A stretch of DNA of 64,000 nucleotides, from assembly GCA_965223665.1 (NCBI GenBank), contig OZ245011.1, forward strand, positions 3,232,001-3,296,000. The letters are read 5' to 3'. The stretch is from Nitrospinaceae bacterium (GTDB lineage Bacteria > Nitrospinota > Nitrospinia > Nitrospinales > Nitrospinaceae). The notes under the pieces were generated by a model. That model made no database searches, had not been told where the DNA came from, and saw nothing but the letters and a program-made list of their open reading frames with translations. Shown piece after piece: positions 40,356 through 50,479 of the stretch (position 1 is the first letter of the stretch; every line of letters starts with the position of its first letter). A program made the translations under genes and the position numbers.

Positions 40356-41936
40356 ATGTCAAAAGGATATCTTTGTTTAGTCTTGCACGCTCATCTTCCA
40401 TTTGTACGCCACCCAGAATACGAGGAATTTCTTGAGGAAGATTGGTTATATCAGGCTATTACTGAAACCTATATTCCCTTAATTAGAGTGTTTGGGAATT
40501 TAATTAAGGATGACATACCTTTTAAAATTACTATGTCTTTAAGTCCAACGCTTCTTTCAATGTTGGGAGACCCCTTACTTCAATCCAGATATATTCGGTT
40601 TTTAGATAGATCCACAGAATTAGCCGAAAAAGAAATTAATAGAACAAAGAAAGATCCAAATTTTCATTCTGTAGCCTGGATGTATAAAGAAAAACTTCAG
40701 GAAGCAAAGGATATATTTGAAAATCGGTATACGGAAAATTTAGTTGAAGCTTTTAAAAACTTTCAAGATCAGGGGAATTTGGAAATAATTACCTGTGGTG
40801 CCACCCATGGATACTTACCTTTAATGCATTTATATCCTGGTGCCATGCGGGCACAGATACAAGTGGCGGTCCAAACCCATGAAAAATTTTTAGGAAGAAA
40901 GCCAAAAGGTATTTGGCTTCCAGAATGTGCTTATGAGCCCGGGATTGAAAAATTTTTAAAGGAAGCGGGAATTGACTTTTTCTTTTTGGATACACATGGA
41001 ATTTTACATGCGAACCCAAGGCCAAAACATGGTGTTTATGCTCCTTTATATTGTGAAAATGGAGTGGCGGCATTTGGAAGGGATATTGAGTCTTCCAAAC
41101 AGGTATGGAGTTCAAAAGAGGGCTATCCAGGAGATTTTAGTTATCGAGATTTTTATCGGGATATTGGTTTTGATTTGGAATATGAATATATTCGTCCTTA
41201 TATAGCAACCACCGGTGATCGTAAAATGACAGGTTTTAAGTATCACAGGATTACTAATGAAGGTAATTATAAAGAAGTTTATTGCCAAAAAATGGCCTTG
41301 GAAAAAGCTGCGGATCATGCAGGTAATTTCATGTTCAATCGTGAACGGCAAATAGAGCATTTAAATTATGTTATGGGTCAACCCCCCATAGTAGTGGCAC
41401 CCTATGATGCTGAATTATTCGGGCATTGGTGGTACGAGGGGCCAGACTGGTTGAATTATTTAATTCGACGGGCTGTATATGATCAAAACGTATTCGAGCT
41501 TATAACCCCATCAGGCTATTTGGAAAAACATACCCAAAATCAGGTATCGACCCCGACCATTTCAAGTTGGGGGTTCAAAGGATTTCATGAGCATTGGTTG
41601 AGTCACAAGAATGATTGGATATACCGTCATTTGCATAAGGCTACTGAACGGATGATCGAATTATCAAGGCAATATTCGGATGCCCATGGCTTAGTAGAGC
41701 GCACCCTAAATCAGGCAGCCAGAGAATTATTATTAGCACAAAGTAGCGATTGGGCGTTTATAATGTTTGCAGAAACTATGGTAGAATATGCAATCAGAAG
41801 GACCAAGGGGCACCTACATCAATTTAACAGGTTGTATGATGCAATTAAAGCGGGGTCCATAGATGAGCGTTTTTTGATTTCTCTTGAGGAAAAAAATAAT
41901 ATTTTTCCTGATATAAACTTTCGAGTATTTAGTTAA
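40356..41936 (+). CDS. GH57 1,4-alpha-glucan branching enzyme (DUF1957)
   Basis: HAHLPFV, THGYLP, WLPECAY (nucleophile Glu), PYDAELFGHWW (acid/base Asp), LAQSSDW. Confidence 0.93.
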   Translation: MSKGYLCLVLHAHLPFVRHPEYEEFLEEDWLYQAITETYIPLIRVFGNLIKDDIPFKITMSLSPTLLSMLGDPLLQSRYIRFLDRSTELAEKEINRTKKDPNFHSVAWMYKEKLQEAKDIFENRYTENLVEAFKNFQDQGNLEIITCGATHGYLPLMHLYPGAMRAQIQVAVQTHEKFLGRKPKGIWLPECAYEPGIEKFLKEAGIDFFFLDTHGILHANPRPKHGVYAPLYCENGVAAFGRDIESSKQVWSSKEGYPGDFSYRDFYRDIGFDLEYEYIRPYIATTGDRKMTGFKYHRITNEGNYKEVYCQKMALEKAADHAGNFMFNRERQIEHLNYVMGQPPIVVAPYDAELFGHWWYEGPDWLNYLIRRAVYDQNVFELITPSGYLEKHTQNQVSTPTISSWGFKGFHEHWLSHKNDWIYRHLHKATERMIELSRQYSDAHGLVERTLNQAARELLLAQSSDWAFIMFAETMVEYAIRRTKGHLHQFNRLYDAIKAGSIDERFLISLEEKNNIFPDINFRVFS

Positions 41937-42001
41937 GTGTTTTTAGGTATTAGAAATTAGTTTTAACCATTTTATTAACAATTTAGACCCCAAACTAGAT
42001 T

Positions 42002-42571
42002 ATGAAAATTCAAACTATTCACGATTATGTAGAAAGATTAGGAAATCTTGTTCGTGTGCAAGCGCGAAAATCAGGAAGTAGTCACGATTTACAACCAGTG
42101 CAAGTAGAAGCGTTACATTATTTGTCCGTATGTAATAAGTACTCTGATACTTTGTTGACGGTTGCAGAGTACTTGGGTTTAACAAAGGGCACCACTTCAC
42201 AGACGATAAAAGTTTTGGAGACAAGAGGTTTCCTGACTAAAAAGCCTGATAAAAAAGACGGGCGCGTGGCTCACTTAAAAGTAACATCTAAAGGAAAACG
42301 GTTTATTGATAAAGCCATTCCTGCTCCAGTTTTAAAAGAGGGAACAAAGCTTATTTCATCTAAAAAACAAGATGATATCATTTCGAGCTTAAAGCTTTTA
42401 TTAGATTCCTGCCAAAAAGGAAATAAATTAAAAACTTTCGGAAGTTGTCATTCTTGCCGACACTATTTGAAATCTGGTAAAAGCAGTTATTGCCAGCTTT
42501 TTGATGAGCAGGTAACTAAGGAAGAAACTAATCAAATCTGCCGCGAGCATGAATACGTTGTAGGGAAATAA
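42002..42571 (+). CDS. MarR-family regulator with Cys-rich C-terminus
   Basis: Winged HTH 'LGLTKGTTSQTIKVLE..G...D.R'; tail FGSCHSC...C...ICREH. Confidence 0.85.
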   Translation: MKIQTIHDYVERLGNLVRVQARKSGSSHDLQPVQVEALHYLSVCNKYSDTLLTVAEYLGLTKGTTSQTIKVLETRGFLTKKPDKKDGRVAHLKVTSKGKRFIDKAIPAPVLKEGTKLISSKKQDDIISSLKLLLDSCQKGNKLKTFGSCHSCRHYLKSGKSSYCQLFDEQVTKEETNQICREHEYVVGK

Positions 42572-43088
42572 TCTTTTAAACTTTACCCTAAGTAAAATTG
42601 GAAGGTTTTTAATAGTTGTGACTTCTGATTAGAAAAATGTAAATTCTTCAATTCCTAATTTAGGAAAGAGATGTCGATTACTTTTTCTTTTAAAAATATC
42701 TTTCATGGGAACATTATAATTAATTTCTCACAATAAAAGACTTGCAAAACTTGAGCAGAATTAATTTGATAAAAGTTTGAACATTTGAGTTTTTATAGCA
42801 TCGGAGATTTTCTGACTAGATATGTGAGTGAATCTCCGTTGCTTTCAAATGTGGTTAGATTTTAAGAATACTTAGAAAGGATGTTTTATTTATAAAAATG
42901 GAAATATTTCCCCAGATTATTGCAATAAAAGTATTTAAATAGTCTTGTTTTACTTGATACCCATTTATTTGAAAAAATACCTCTATTTTTTTTAAGTTCC
43001 TTAGCTTTACCCACCTTTGGCTCTAGAATTCCTCTAATTTTAGGCTATAATTCTCACATTATTACATATCCAAATAGCCATTTATAAA

Positions 43089-44300
43089 ATGAAAAAATAT
43101 TTTATTGTTATTTGTAACGGATTATCAGATGAACCTTTTGCGGAAAAGGACAATCTTACGCCTCTACAAATGGCAGATATTCCAAATTTTGACAGATTAG
43201 CTTCAGAGGGGAGATGTGGTTCTGTTCAAACTATTCCTGATGGATTGGCAGTAGGAGAAGAAATTTCTTATCTTTCATTATTGGGGTTCGATTCTGAAAA
43301 ATATCAAGCCGGAACAGGCAACTATTTAGCTCGAGCCTTAGACCTTGAATTAAATTCTGGAGAAATAGCTTTGGTTTGTGATTTTGTGATACTTCAATCC
43401 AGCCATAATGACATGATAATGAAAGATTATACTGCTGGTCAGATTTCTTCAGAAGTGGCCGAATCTTTGCTGAAAGCTTTAAATGAGCAAATCGTTGATG
43501 AAAACTTAACTTTTCACTATGGAGCCGGACATCAGCATTTATTAGTCTTAAAACATTCTCCTTTTAAAGGAAAATTAATTCCTCCCAATGAATTGATTGG
43601 GGAGGGGATTAGACAATATATGCCTCAAGGTTTAGAGTACAAAGAGTTAGTGTATATAATGAACCAAGCACAAATCATTTTGCATCATCATCCTTACAAT
43701 AAAAAAAGAATGCAGGATGGAAAGGATGCTATCAACAGTATTTGGATTTGGGGGGAAGGAGAAGAGCCTTCAGAACCATTACCATCTTTTTTCAGTCGAT
43801 TTGAAAAAAGAGGCTGTATTATCACTGCTTCGCTTGTAATGAAAGGGCTTGGAAAAACCGTTGGTTTAGAAGTTAAAACTGTAGAACAAGGAACAGGATA
43901 TATCGATTCAGATATTGAGACTAAAACTCAAGCTGCCATCAAAGCATTAAAAGATCATGATGTTGTTTTTTTACATATTGCTGGGGGTGAGCATGTTTCT
44001 TTGCAGGGTAATATTGACGATAAAATACAAATGATAGAAGAAATTGATCAAAAAGTGTTAGGCTCGATATTTGAATTTATAGAAACCAGAAGGGATGTCA
44101 ACTTGCTTTTGGTAGAGCCACATAGGAGTTCCGCGAATTTAATGAAATACAATAATGTAGCTGTTCCCTTTGTTACTTTCAACTCAGAAAACAAACCGGA
44201 TTCAGTAGAAAAATTTGATGAAGAAATATTAAGAACAGGATCTAATCATTTAAAAAATGGAACTAATTTGATTGAGGAATTTCTTAAAAATACGTTATGA
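43089..44300 (+). CDS. ApgM (cofactor-independent phosphoglycerate mutase / proposed homoserine kinase) homolog with degenerate active site
   Basis: Scaffold motifs [28 protein letters not shown]...[10 protein letters not shown] are kept; metal and nucleophile residues are substituted. Confidence 0.8.
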   Translation: MKKYFIVICNGLSDEPFAEKDNLTPLQMADIPNFDRLASEGRCGSVQTIPDGLAVGEEISYLSLLGFDSEKYQAGTGNYLARALDLELNSGEIALVCDFVILQSSHNDMIMKDYTAGQISSEVAESLLKALNEQIVDENLTFHYGAGHQHLLVLKHSPFKGKLIPPNELIGEGIRQYMPQGLEYKELVYIMNQAQIILHHHPYNKKRMQDGKDAINSIWIWGEGEEPSEPLPSFFSRFEKRGCIITASLVMKGLGKTVGLEVKTVEQGTGYIDSDIETKTQAAIKALKDHDVVFLHIAGGEHVSLQGNIDDKIQMIEEIDQKVLGSIFEFIETRRDVNLLLVEPHRSSANLMKYNNVAVPFVTFNSENKPDSVEKFDEEILRTGSNHLKNGTNLIEEFLKNTL

Positions 44301-45580
44301 CCACGAATTTAATTGTCCAAAAATACGGCGGAACTTCAGTTGGAAGTATTGACCGAATAAAAAAAGTTGCTGAACGAATTAAAGAAACTCGAGAGTTGGG
44401 AAATAACGTTTTGGTTGTAGTATCCGCCATGGCTGGTGAAACTGATAAATTGCTCACTATGGCTCGAGAATTGTCCGACCAACCCCAACGTCGTGAAATT
44501 GATCTTTTGCTTTCATCCGGTGAAAGGGTTTCAAGTGCCTTATTGTCTATTGCGTTGCATGAAATCGGATGTCCTGCAGTAGCATTGACGGGTCGCCAGA
44601 TGGGTCTGTTGACAGACAGTACCCATACTAGAGCAAGGATAAAAGAAATCAATTCAGGGCGTGCCAAAAAAATTCTAGATGAAAACCATGTAGTTGTTTG
44701 TGCAGGTTTTCAAGGAGTAAATGAATTTGGGGATGTCACAACTTTGGGACGGGGAGGGTCTGACACTTCTGCGGTTGCATTAGCGGTTTCCCTTAATGCG
44801 GACCAATGCGAAATTTATACCGATGTCAAAGGAGTTTATACGGCTGATCCCAGAGTAGTACCTAACGCGAGAAAATTAAATATGGTATCCTTTGATGAAA
44901 TGCTGGAAATGGCTAGTTTAGGGGCAAAGGTTTTACAAATTCGTTGTGTAGAATTTGCTAAAAAATATCAAATGCCCCTGGTGGTGCGGTCTTCCTACGA
45001 AGAAGATCAGGGCACTCAGATTTGTGAGGAGAATCTAAATATGGAACAACCCGTAGTATCTGGAATTATGTATGACAAGGATCAGTCAAAAATTACCATT
45101 AAAGGGGTCCCGGATCAGCCTGGAATTGCCGCTAAAATATTTGGAGCTCTTGCTGAAGCATCCATATCTATAGATATGATCATTCAAAATGTAAGCGCTG
45201 AGGGTCATACAGACATTTCATTTACTTTACCAACAACATTCCTGCAAGAGGCTATAGAATTAATGAATGATTCTGCGAATGAAGTGAAGGCCATGCAAGT
45301 TTCTTCAGATTCAGAAATTGTAAAAATTTCTGTGGTAGGGGCGGGAATGAGGAGTCATTCAGGAGTTGCAGCAAAAATATTCAAAGTTCTTTCGGATGAA
45401 TCCATTAATATTATTATGATAAGTACATCGGAAATTCGCGTTTCCTGCATCATAGATAAAAAATACCTGGAACTTGCGGTCCGCGCTTTGCATAAAGGAT
45501 TTGATTTAGAAAATGGTCCTGAGTATTTTTTGGAACCAGGCAAAACTGAAAAACAAATAAAAACCCATAAAGCGGGTTAA
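44297..45580 (+). CDS. lysC: Aspartate kinase (type II, two ACT domains)
   Basis: [43 protein letters not shown]. Confidence 0.96.
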   Translation: MTTNLIVQKYGGTSVGSIDRIKKVAERIKETRELGNNVLVVVSAMAGETDKLLTMARELSDQPQRREIDLLLSSGERVSSALLSIALHEIGCPAVALTGRQMGLLTDSTHTRARIKEINSGRAKKILDENHVVVCAGFQGVNEFGDVTTLGRGGSDTSAVALAVSLNADQCEIYTDVKGVYTADPRVVPNARKLNMVSFDEMLEMASLGAKVLQIRCVEFAKKYQMPLVVRSSYEEDQGTQICEENLNMEQPVVSGIMYDKDQSKITIKGVPDQPGIAAKIFGALAEASISIDMIIQNVSAEGHTDISFTLPTTFLQEAIELMNDSANEVKAMQVSSDSEIVKISVVGAGMRSHSGVAAKIFKVLSDESINIIMISTSEIRVSCIIDKKYLELAVRALHKGFDLENGPEYFLEPGKTEKQIKTHKAG

Positions 45581-45582
45581 AA

Positions 45583-47169
45583 ATGAGTTCAATAAAAATT
45601 TACGATACTACCTTAAGAGATGGTTCTCAAGCTGAAGAAATATCCTTCACGGTGGAAGATAAAATCCGTATAGCCCATAAACTAGACGAAAACGGAATCC
45701 ACTTTATTGAGGGTGGCTGGCCTGGATCAAATCCCAGGGATGTAGAGTTTTTTAAGCGAGCCCAACATTCTAAATTCAAGCAATCTCGACTTGTTGCCTT
45801 TGGAAGCACGCGGTCTCCAAAAAATACGGCTGAAGACGATCCCAATTTAAAACAGTTAATTGAAGCCCAAACTGAATCAATCACCATTTTTGGAAAAAGT
45901 TGGGATCTTCATGTTCATGAAGCTCTTTCCGCAAGTTTAGAAGAAAATTTGAAAATGGTTGCTGACAGTATCCAATTTTTAAAGAAGCATGTGTCTGAAG
46001 TTATTTTTGACGCAGAGCACTTTTTTGATGGTTATAAAAACAATCCGGATTATGCCTTAAGGGTCATTAAGGAAGCTGAAAATGCAGGTGCTGATTGGCT
46101 GATTCTTTGCGATACCAATGGTGGATCTATGCCTTGGGAAATATTTAGTATTTTTCAAACAATTAAAGAATCAACCAAAGTCAAAATGGGTATACATACT
46201 CACAATGATTCTGAACTTGGGGTGGCCAATGCTTTAGCTGCTGTCCAAGCTGGCGCCGAACAAGTTCAAGGAACAATAAATGGTTATGGAGAGCGGTGCG
46301 GAAATTGTAATTTAGTTTCAGTGATTCCGAATTTAAAATTTAAAATGGGCTTGGACTGTATAAATGAAATTCAAATCAAAGGACTAAAAGAATTATCATC
46401 TTTTGTTGACGAATTAGCCAATAGGGCTCATTGGAATCATCAACCATTTGTAGGAAAAAGTGCCTTTGCCCACAAGGGAGGGGTGCATGTGAGCGCAATT
46501 AGGAAAAACCGTGCCACCTATGAACACATTGACCCTGCTTTAGTAGGCAACCAAACTCGAATTTTGGTTTCTGATTTGTCTGGGAAAAGTAATATTGTAT
46601 ATAAAGCCCAGGAATTCGGAATCGATGTAGATTCGAAGGACCCCAAAATCCAAAATTTATTAACGAAATTAAAAGAGTCAGAAAATTTGGGATTTCAATT
46701 TGAAGGGGCCGAAGGTTCTTTTGAATTAATGATGAGAGAGGCGATGGGGCAAAAAAAGCAACATTTCGAGTTCATCGGTTTTCGAGTGATAGTTGAAAAG
46801 AGAATGGAAGATGAGGAACCGATTTCTGAAGCGACTGTTAAGCTTAAGGTGAATGGAGTTCAAGAAATTTCTGCGGCAGAGGGTAATGGGCCTGTAAATG
46901 CTTTAGATAAGGCAATTCGAAAGGCGCTAATAAAGTTTTATCCTGAGTTAGAAGAGGTAAGTTTAATCGATTATAAGGTAAGAATATTAGATGAAAAAAA
47001 AGGAACACGAGCAAAAACCCGGGTTCTTTTGGAATCGGGAGATCACCACTCCAAATGGGGGACAGTAGGTGTTTCTCAAGATATCATTGAAGCCAGTTGG
47101 CAGGCATTGATTGATAGTTTGCAATATAAACTCAATGCGTTTTCAAAAGGAAAGTCACCCCTCAGTTAA
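45583..47169 (+). CDS. cimA: Citramalate synthase
   Basis: [48 protein letters not shown]. Confidence 0.93.
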   Translation: MSSIKIYDTTLRDGSQAEEISFTVEDKIRIAHKLDENGIHFIEGGWPGSNPRDVEFFKRAQHSKFKQSRLVAFGSTRSPKNTAEDDPNLKQLIEAQTESITIFGKSWDLHVHEALSASLEENLKMVADSIQFLKKHVSEVIFDAEHFFDGYKNNPDYALRVIKEAENAGADWLILCDTNGGSMPWEIFSIFQTIKESTKVKMGIHTHNDSELGVANALAAVQAGAEQVQGTINGYGERCGNCNLVSVIPNLKFKMGLDCINEIQIKGLKELSSFVDELANRAHWNHQPFVGKSAFAHKGGVHVSAIRKNRATYEHIDPALVGNQTRILVSDLSGKSNIVYKAQEFGIDVDSKDPKIQNLLTKLKESENLGFQFEGAEGSFELMMREAMGQKKQHFEFIGFRVIVEKRMEDEEPISEATVKLKVNGVQEISAAEGNGPVNALDKAIRKALIKFYPELEEVSLIDYKVRILDEKKGTRAKTRVLLESGDHHSKWGTVGVSQDIIEASWQALIDSLQYKLNAFSKGKSPLS

Positions 47170-47277
47170 TTTTAGATTTTTCGTTTATAATAAAAACTTA
47201 GTTGACAGTAGAAAACTATTGATTTTTCGCGAAAAACTCTTACCATTGTAAAAGTGAAAACTTGAAAATGGGAGACC

Positions 47278-48831
47278 ATGCAAGGCTTGCCTACTACCCC
47301 AATGGGGGAGATCCCACACCAGCTCCCTCTAAAAATTTTACTGGTTGAAAGTAACGATGAAGATGCAAACTTACTGAAGCTGCTCTTAGGTCGTTTACAG
47401 AACCCCCCTTTTAGTTTGGAAGTAGTTTCCACACTAAAGGAAGGAATTAATTGTTTAGAAACTGGATCCATTGATTTAGTCATTTTAAACTTATTCCTTA
47501 AAGACAGCCAAGGGTTGGGAACTTTTAATGTTATTAATCAAAAGTTTCCCCATGTTGCTCTTGTGGTTTTTAGCACTGACCATAATGAAGATCTTGCCAT
47601 AAAAGTGATTCAAAAAGGTGCTCATGATTATTTGGTAAAAGAAAGTTTGGACTTAACCCATATCGTCCGCTCCATGCGTATTGCCTTTGATAATAAACAA
47701 ACGAAAATGGCATTACGAGCCCAGGAAGATCAAATAAAATCTGTTTTGAACCATTCCTTTGATACAATAGTCGTCTTTGATTTTAATGGGATTATCTTTT
47801 CAATAAATCCTTCGGGCGAAAAAACGTTTGGTTATAAAGCAGAAGAGGTCAGAGGTAAGCATATTAGCGAACTTTTACCAAATCCAATTTCCCAAGGGAA
47901 TGGGTCAGCTACTTCACAAAAAACACCATTTCCAAATATAAACTTTGCTATAAGTGACCAATTGATTGAATTTGTTGGCAAACATAAAGATGGGAACCGA
48001 ATTTCATTAGAAGTTTCTTTTAATGAAATTTTTCAGAATGATTGTAAATTAATAATGGGCATTTTTAGAGATATTACGGATCGTAAATTAGCGCAAGAAA
48101 AGTTAATCAAAGCTCAAAACGAATTAATACGTGCAGGAAAATTAGCTATATTAGGTGAAATGTCGGCAGAAATTAGCCATGAATTAAACCAACCTCTAGA
48201 GGCTATTCAAGCATACATAGACAATATTAATTTTTTGTTGGAACACAAGAGATATGAAGATGTGCAAAATAATTTTGAAGCGGTTTGTGATCTGACACAA
48301 CGAGCTGGAAATATTATTGATAATATAAAAAATAGATTATGTGATCAGTCATATGTTCCAGAATCTATTTCTGTCCAGGAAACATTGGAATCAACTCTTT
48401 CTTTATTATCTTTAGGAAATCGATTAAAAGATGTAGTGGTGGAAAAAAAATTCCCAAAAGAAATGTTGATTACCCAAGCGAATTCCCTAAAATTAGAACA
48501 AGCATTTTTAAACTTAATTACAAATGCCTTAGATGCAATGGATGGGGAAAAAAATAAAGTATTAACCCTATCGTTAGAAAGCAATAAAAATGAAATTTTA
48601 TTAAGCTTTAAAGATTCTGGCAAGGGTTTAAGTGAAAATGAACTTCCACATGTTTTTGAACCGTTTTTTACAACGAAAAACATCAAGAAAGGGTTGGGCT
48701 TGGGGCTTTCAATTTCTTCAAATATAATCAAAGAATTTGATGGTAGTATTGAAGTAAATAACAAATCCAATCGAGGGGCAGAGTTTATTGTCAGGCTACC
48801 TCTCCTATCTGAGCCTGTGAAAACTATTTAA
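47278..48831 (+). CDS. Soluble sensor histidine kinase: pseudo-receiver + PAS + HisKA + HATPase (DctB/NtrB-like core)
   Basis: REC-like N-terminus with Asn at the phosphoacceptor position (VILNL), PAS, LGEMSAEISHELNQPL, NALDA, DSGKG, FFTTK, GLGLGL. No TM segment seen. Confidence 0.9.
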   Translation: MQGLPTTPMGEIPHQLPLKILLVESNDEDANLLKLLLGRLQNPPFSLEVVSTLKEGINCLETGSIDLVILNLFLKDSQGLGTFNVINQKFPHVALVVFSTDHNEDLAIKVIQKGAHDYLVKESLDLTHIVRSMRIAFDNKQTKMALRAQEDQIKSVLNHSFDTIVVFDFNGIIFSINPSGEKTFGYKAEEVRGKHISELLPNPISQGNGSATSQKTPFPNINFAISDQLIEFVGKHKDGNRISLEVSFNEIFQNDCKLIMGIFRDITDRKLAQEKLIKAQNELIRAGKLAILGEMSAEISHELNQPLEAIQAYIDNINFLLEHKRYEDVQNNFEAVCDLTQRAGNIIDNIKNRLCDQSYVPESISVQETLESTLSLLSLGNRLKDVVVEKKFPKEMLITQANSLKLEQAFLNLITNALDAMDGEKNKVLTLSLESNKNEILLSFKDSGKGLSENELPHVFEPFFTTKNIKKGLGLGLSISSNIIKEFDGSIEVNNKSNRGAEFIVRLPLLSEPVKTI

Positions 48832-50198
48832 TGAGCGCGCAAGGCAAAGTCATTTTTGTAGATGACGAGAAGCATATCCGTCACTCCAGAAAACAGACCT
48901 TAGAATTAGTGGGTTATGAGGTTTCCTGTTTCTCCAACCCTAAAGACGCTCTTGCCATGATCTCCCCTAGGTGGGCCGGTATCATTGTGACTGATATAAA
49001 AATGCCTGATATGGATGGGTTTGAGTTTTTGCAACAGGTCATAATGATTGATAAAGAAATCCCAGTTGTGGTAATGACAGGGCATGGTGATGTCCCAATG
49101 GCAGTCAAAGCGATGCGTTTGGGAGCCTATGATTTCATTGAAAAACCCTGTTCTTCTGAACATTTTTTAGAAGCCATCAACCGAGCCATCGAAAAAAGAA
49201 AATTAATTTTAGAAAATCGTATCCTTCGCTCAGAAATTGAATCTCAAAAATCACCAGGAGTAAAAATTATCGGTAAGTCACCTTCCATTGAACAACTTAA
49301 ACAAGTCATAAGGAATGTTGCAGATTCCAATGTCGATGTATTAATTCAAGGTGAAACCGGTACAGGTAAAGAGTTGATTGCACGGTATTTGCATGACCAA
49401 AGCAAAAGGAATAAAAAAAGCTTTGTTCCATTAAACTGTGGAGGGTTTCCGGAAACTATTATTGAAAGTGAACTTTTTGGTCACGAAGCTGGAGCTTTTA
49501 CAGGTGCAGAAGCTCGGCGCATTGGCAAGTTTGAGCATGCGGATGGTGGAACTATTTTTTTGGATGAAATTGAAAGCATGCCCCTTAACTTACAAGTAAA
49601 ATTGTTAAGAGTCATTCAAGAAAGAGTTATCGAAAGATTAGGATCCAATGAAATTATACCTGTAGACATACGTGTAGTGGCGGCTACTAAGGTGGATCTT
49701 AAAGAGGCCAGTCAAAAAAATGAGTTTCGAGAAGATTTATTTTATAGACTCAATGTTGTTAAGGTAGACCTGCCCGCTTTAAGAGAGCGGAGAGAAGATA
49801 TTCCTCTTCTGTTCCAGTTTTTTGTCGCCGAAGCTTGTGACAGATATAATTATGAAGTTCCGATCATATCCCGAGATACCATTCAAAATTTAATGCTCAG
49901 GTCTTGGGAAGGGAATGTTCGTGAATTAAAAAATGAGGCTGAAAGGTTTGTTTTGGGGATGTCATTGAAGACAATTAACGAAGGAGTGAATTTACCAAAA
50001 TTTACTTTAAGTCCGCAGCAGGAAAAAACTTTGAGTTTGGCTACACAAGTGGATATGTTTGAAAAAACTGCAATTGAACAAGAATTAATTCGGCAAAAAG
50101 GTGATATTAAAAAAACCTACACTGCTTTAGGTATTCCAAGACAAACTTTATACGATAAAATGAATAAGTATGGCCTTAAACGTAAAGAATTTATTTAG
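48831..50198 (+). CDS. Sigma-54-dependent response regulator (DctD/NtrC family)
   Basis: REC (VDDE...TDIKMP...KP), GETGTGKE, intact GAFTGA, DEIE, Fis-type HTH. TAATG coupling to the kinase. Confidence 0.93.
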   Translation: MSAQGKVIFVDDEKHIRHSRKQTLELVGYEVSCFSNPKDALAMISPRWAGIIVTDIKMPDMDGFEFLQQVIMIDKEIPVVVMTGHGDVPMAVKAMRLGAYDFIEKPCSSEHFLEAINRAIEKRKLILENRILRSEIESQKSPGVKIIGKSPSIEQLKQVIRNVADSNVDVLIQGETGTGKELIARYLHDQSKRNKKSFVPLNCGGFPETIIESELFGHEAGAFTGAEARRIGKFEHADGGTIFLDEIESMPLNLQVKLLRVIQERVIERLGSNEIIPVDIRVVAATKVDLKEASQKNEFREDLFYRLNVVKVDLPALRERREDIPLLFQFFVAEACDRYNYEVPIISRDTIQNLMLRSWEGNVRELKNEAERFVLGMSLKTINEGVNLPKFTLSPQQEKTLSLATQVDMFEKTAIEQELIRQKGDIKKTYTALGIPRQTLYDKMNKYGLKRKEFI

Positions 50199-50256
50199 TC
50201 CTTTCTATTTTATGAATAAATTTACTTAATGAGCTGGACTTTCGTTCCAGTTTTAA

Positions 50257-50293
50257 CAAATAATGTACGAATTTCCAGATTGTACATTATTTG
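50257..50293. repeat. Perfect 12-bp inverted repeat, candidate enhancer (UAS) for the cheA promoter
   Basis: CAAATAATGTAC (50257-50268), 13-nt spacer, GTACATTATTTG (50282-50293). Confidence 0.5.
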
Positions 50294-50357
50294 ATCTTTC
50301 CCGCCTCTAAAAAATCATTAAAAAACCCTTCTTTAAAAGACTGTAATTAAACAGTTT

Positions 50358-50374
50358 TTGGCACTTCTTTTGCT
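50358..50374 (+). promoter_or_regulatory. Sigma-54 (-24/-12) promoter of cheA-cheW
   Basis: TTGGCACTTCTTTTGCT matches TGGCAC-N5-TTGC; GG at 50360-61, GC at 50372-73. Confidence 0.85.
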
Positions 50375-50479
50375 TGTTCCTAAAGTACCCATTCCATTAC
50401 AATTACAGAAAATTTGAAGAAAATAGAGTTTCAAATTTCTTGAAATACTGGGAAAAATAAAATATTTAAGGAGATTTCC

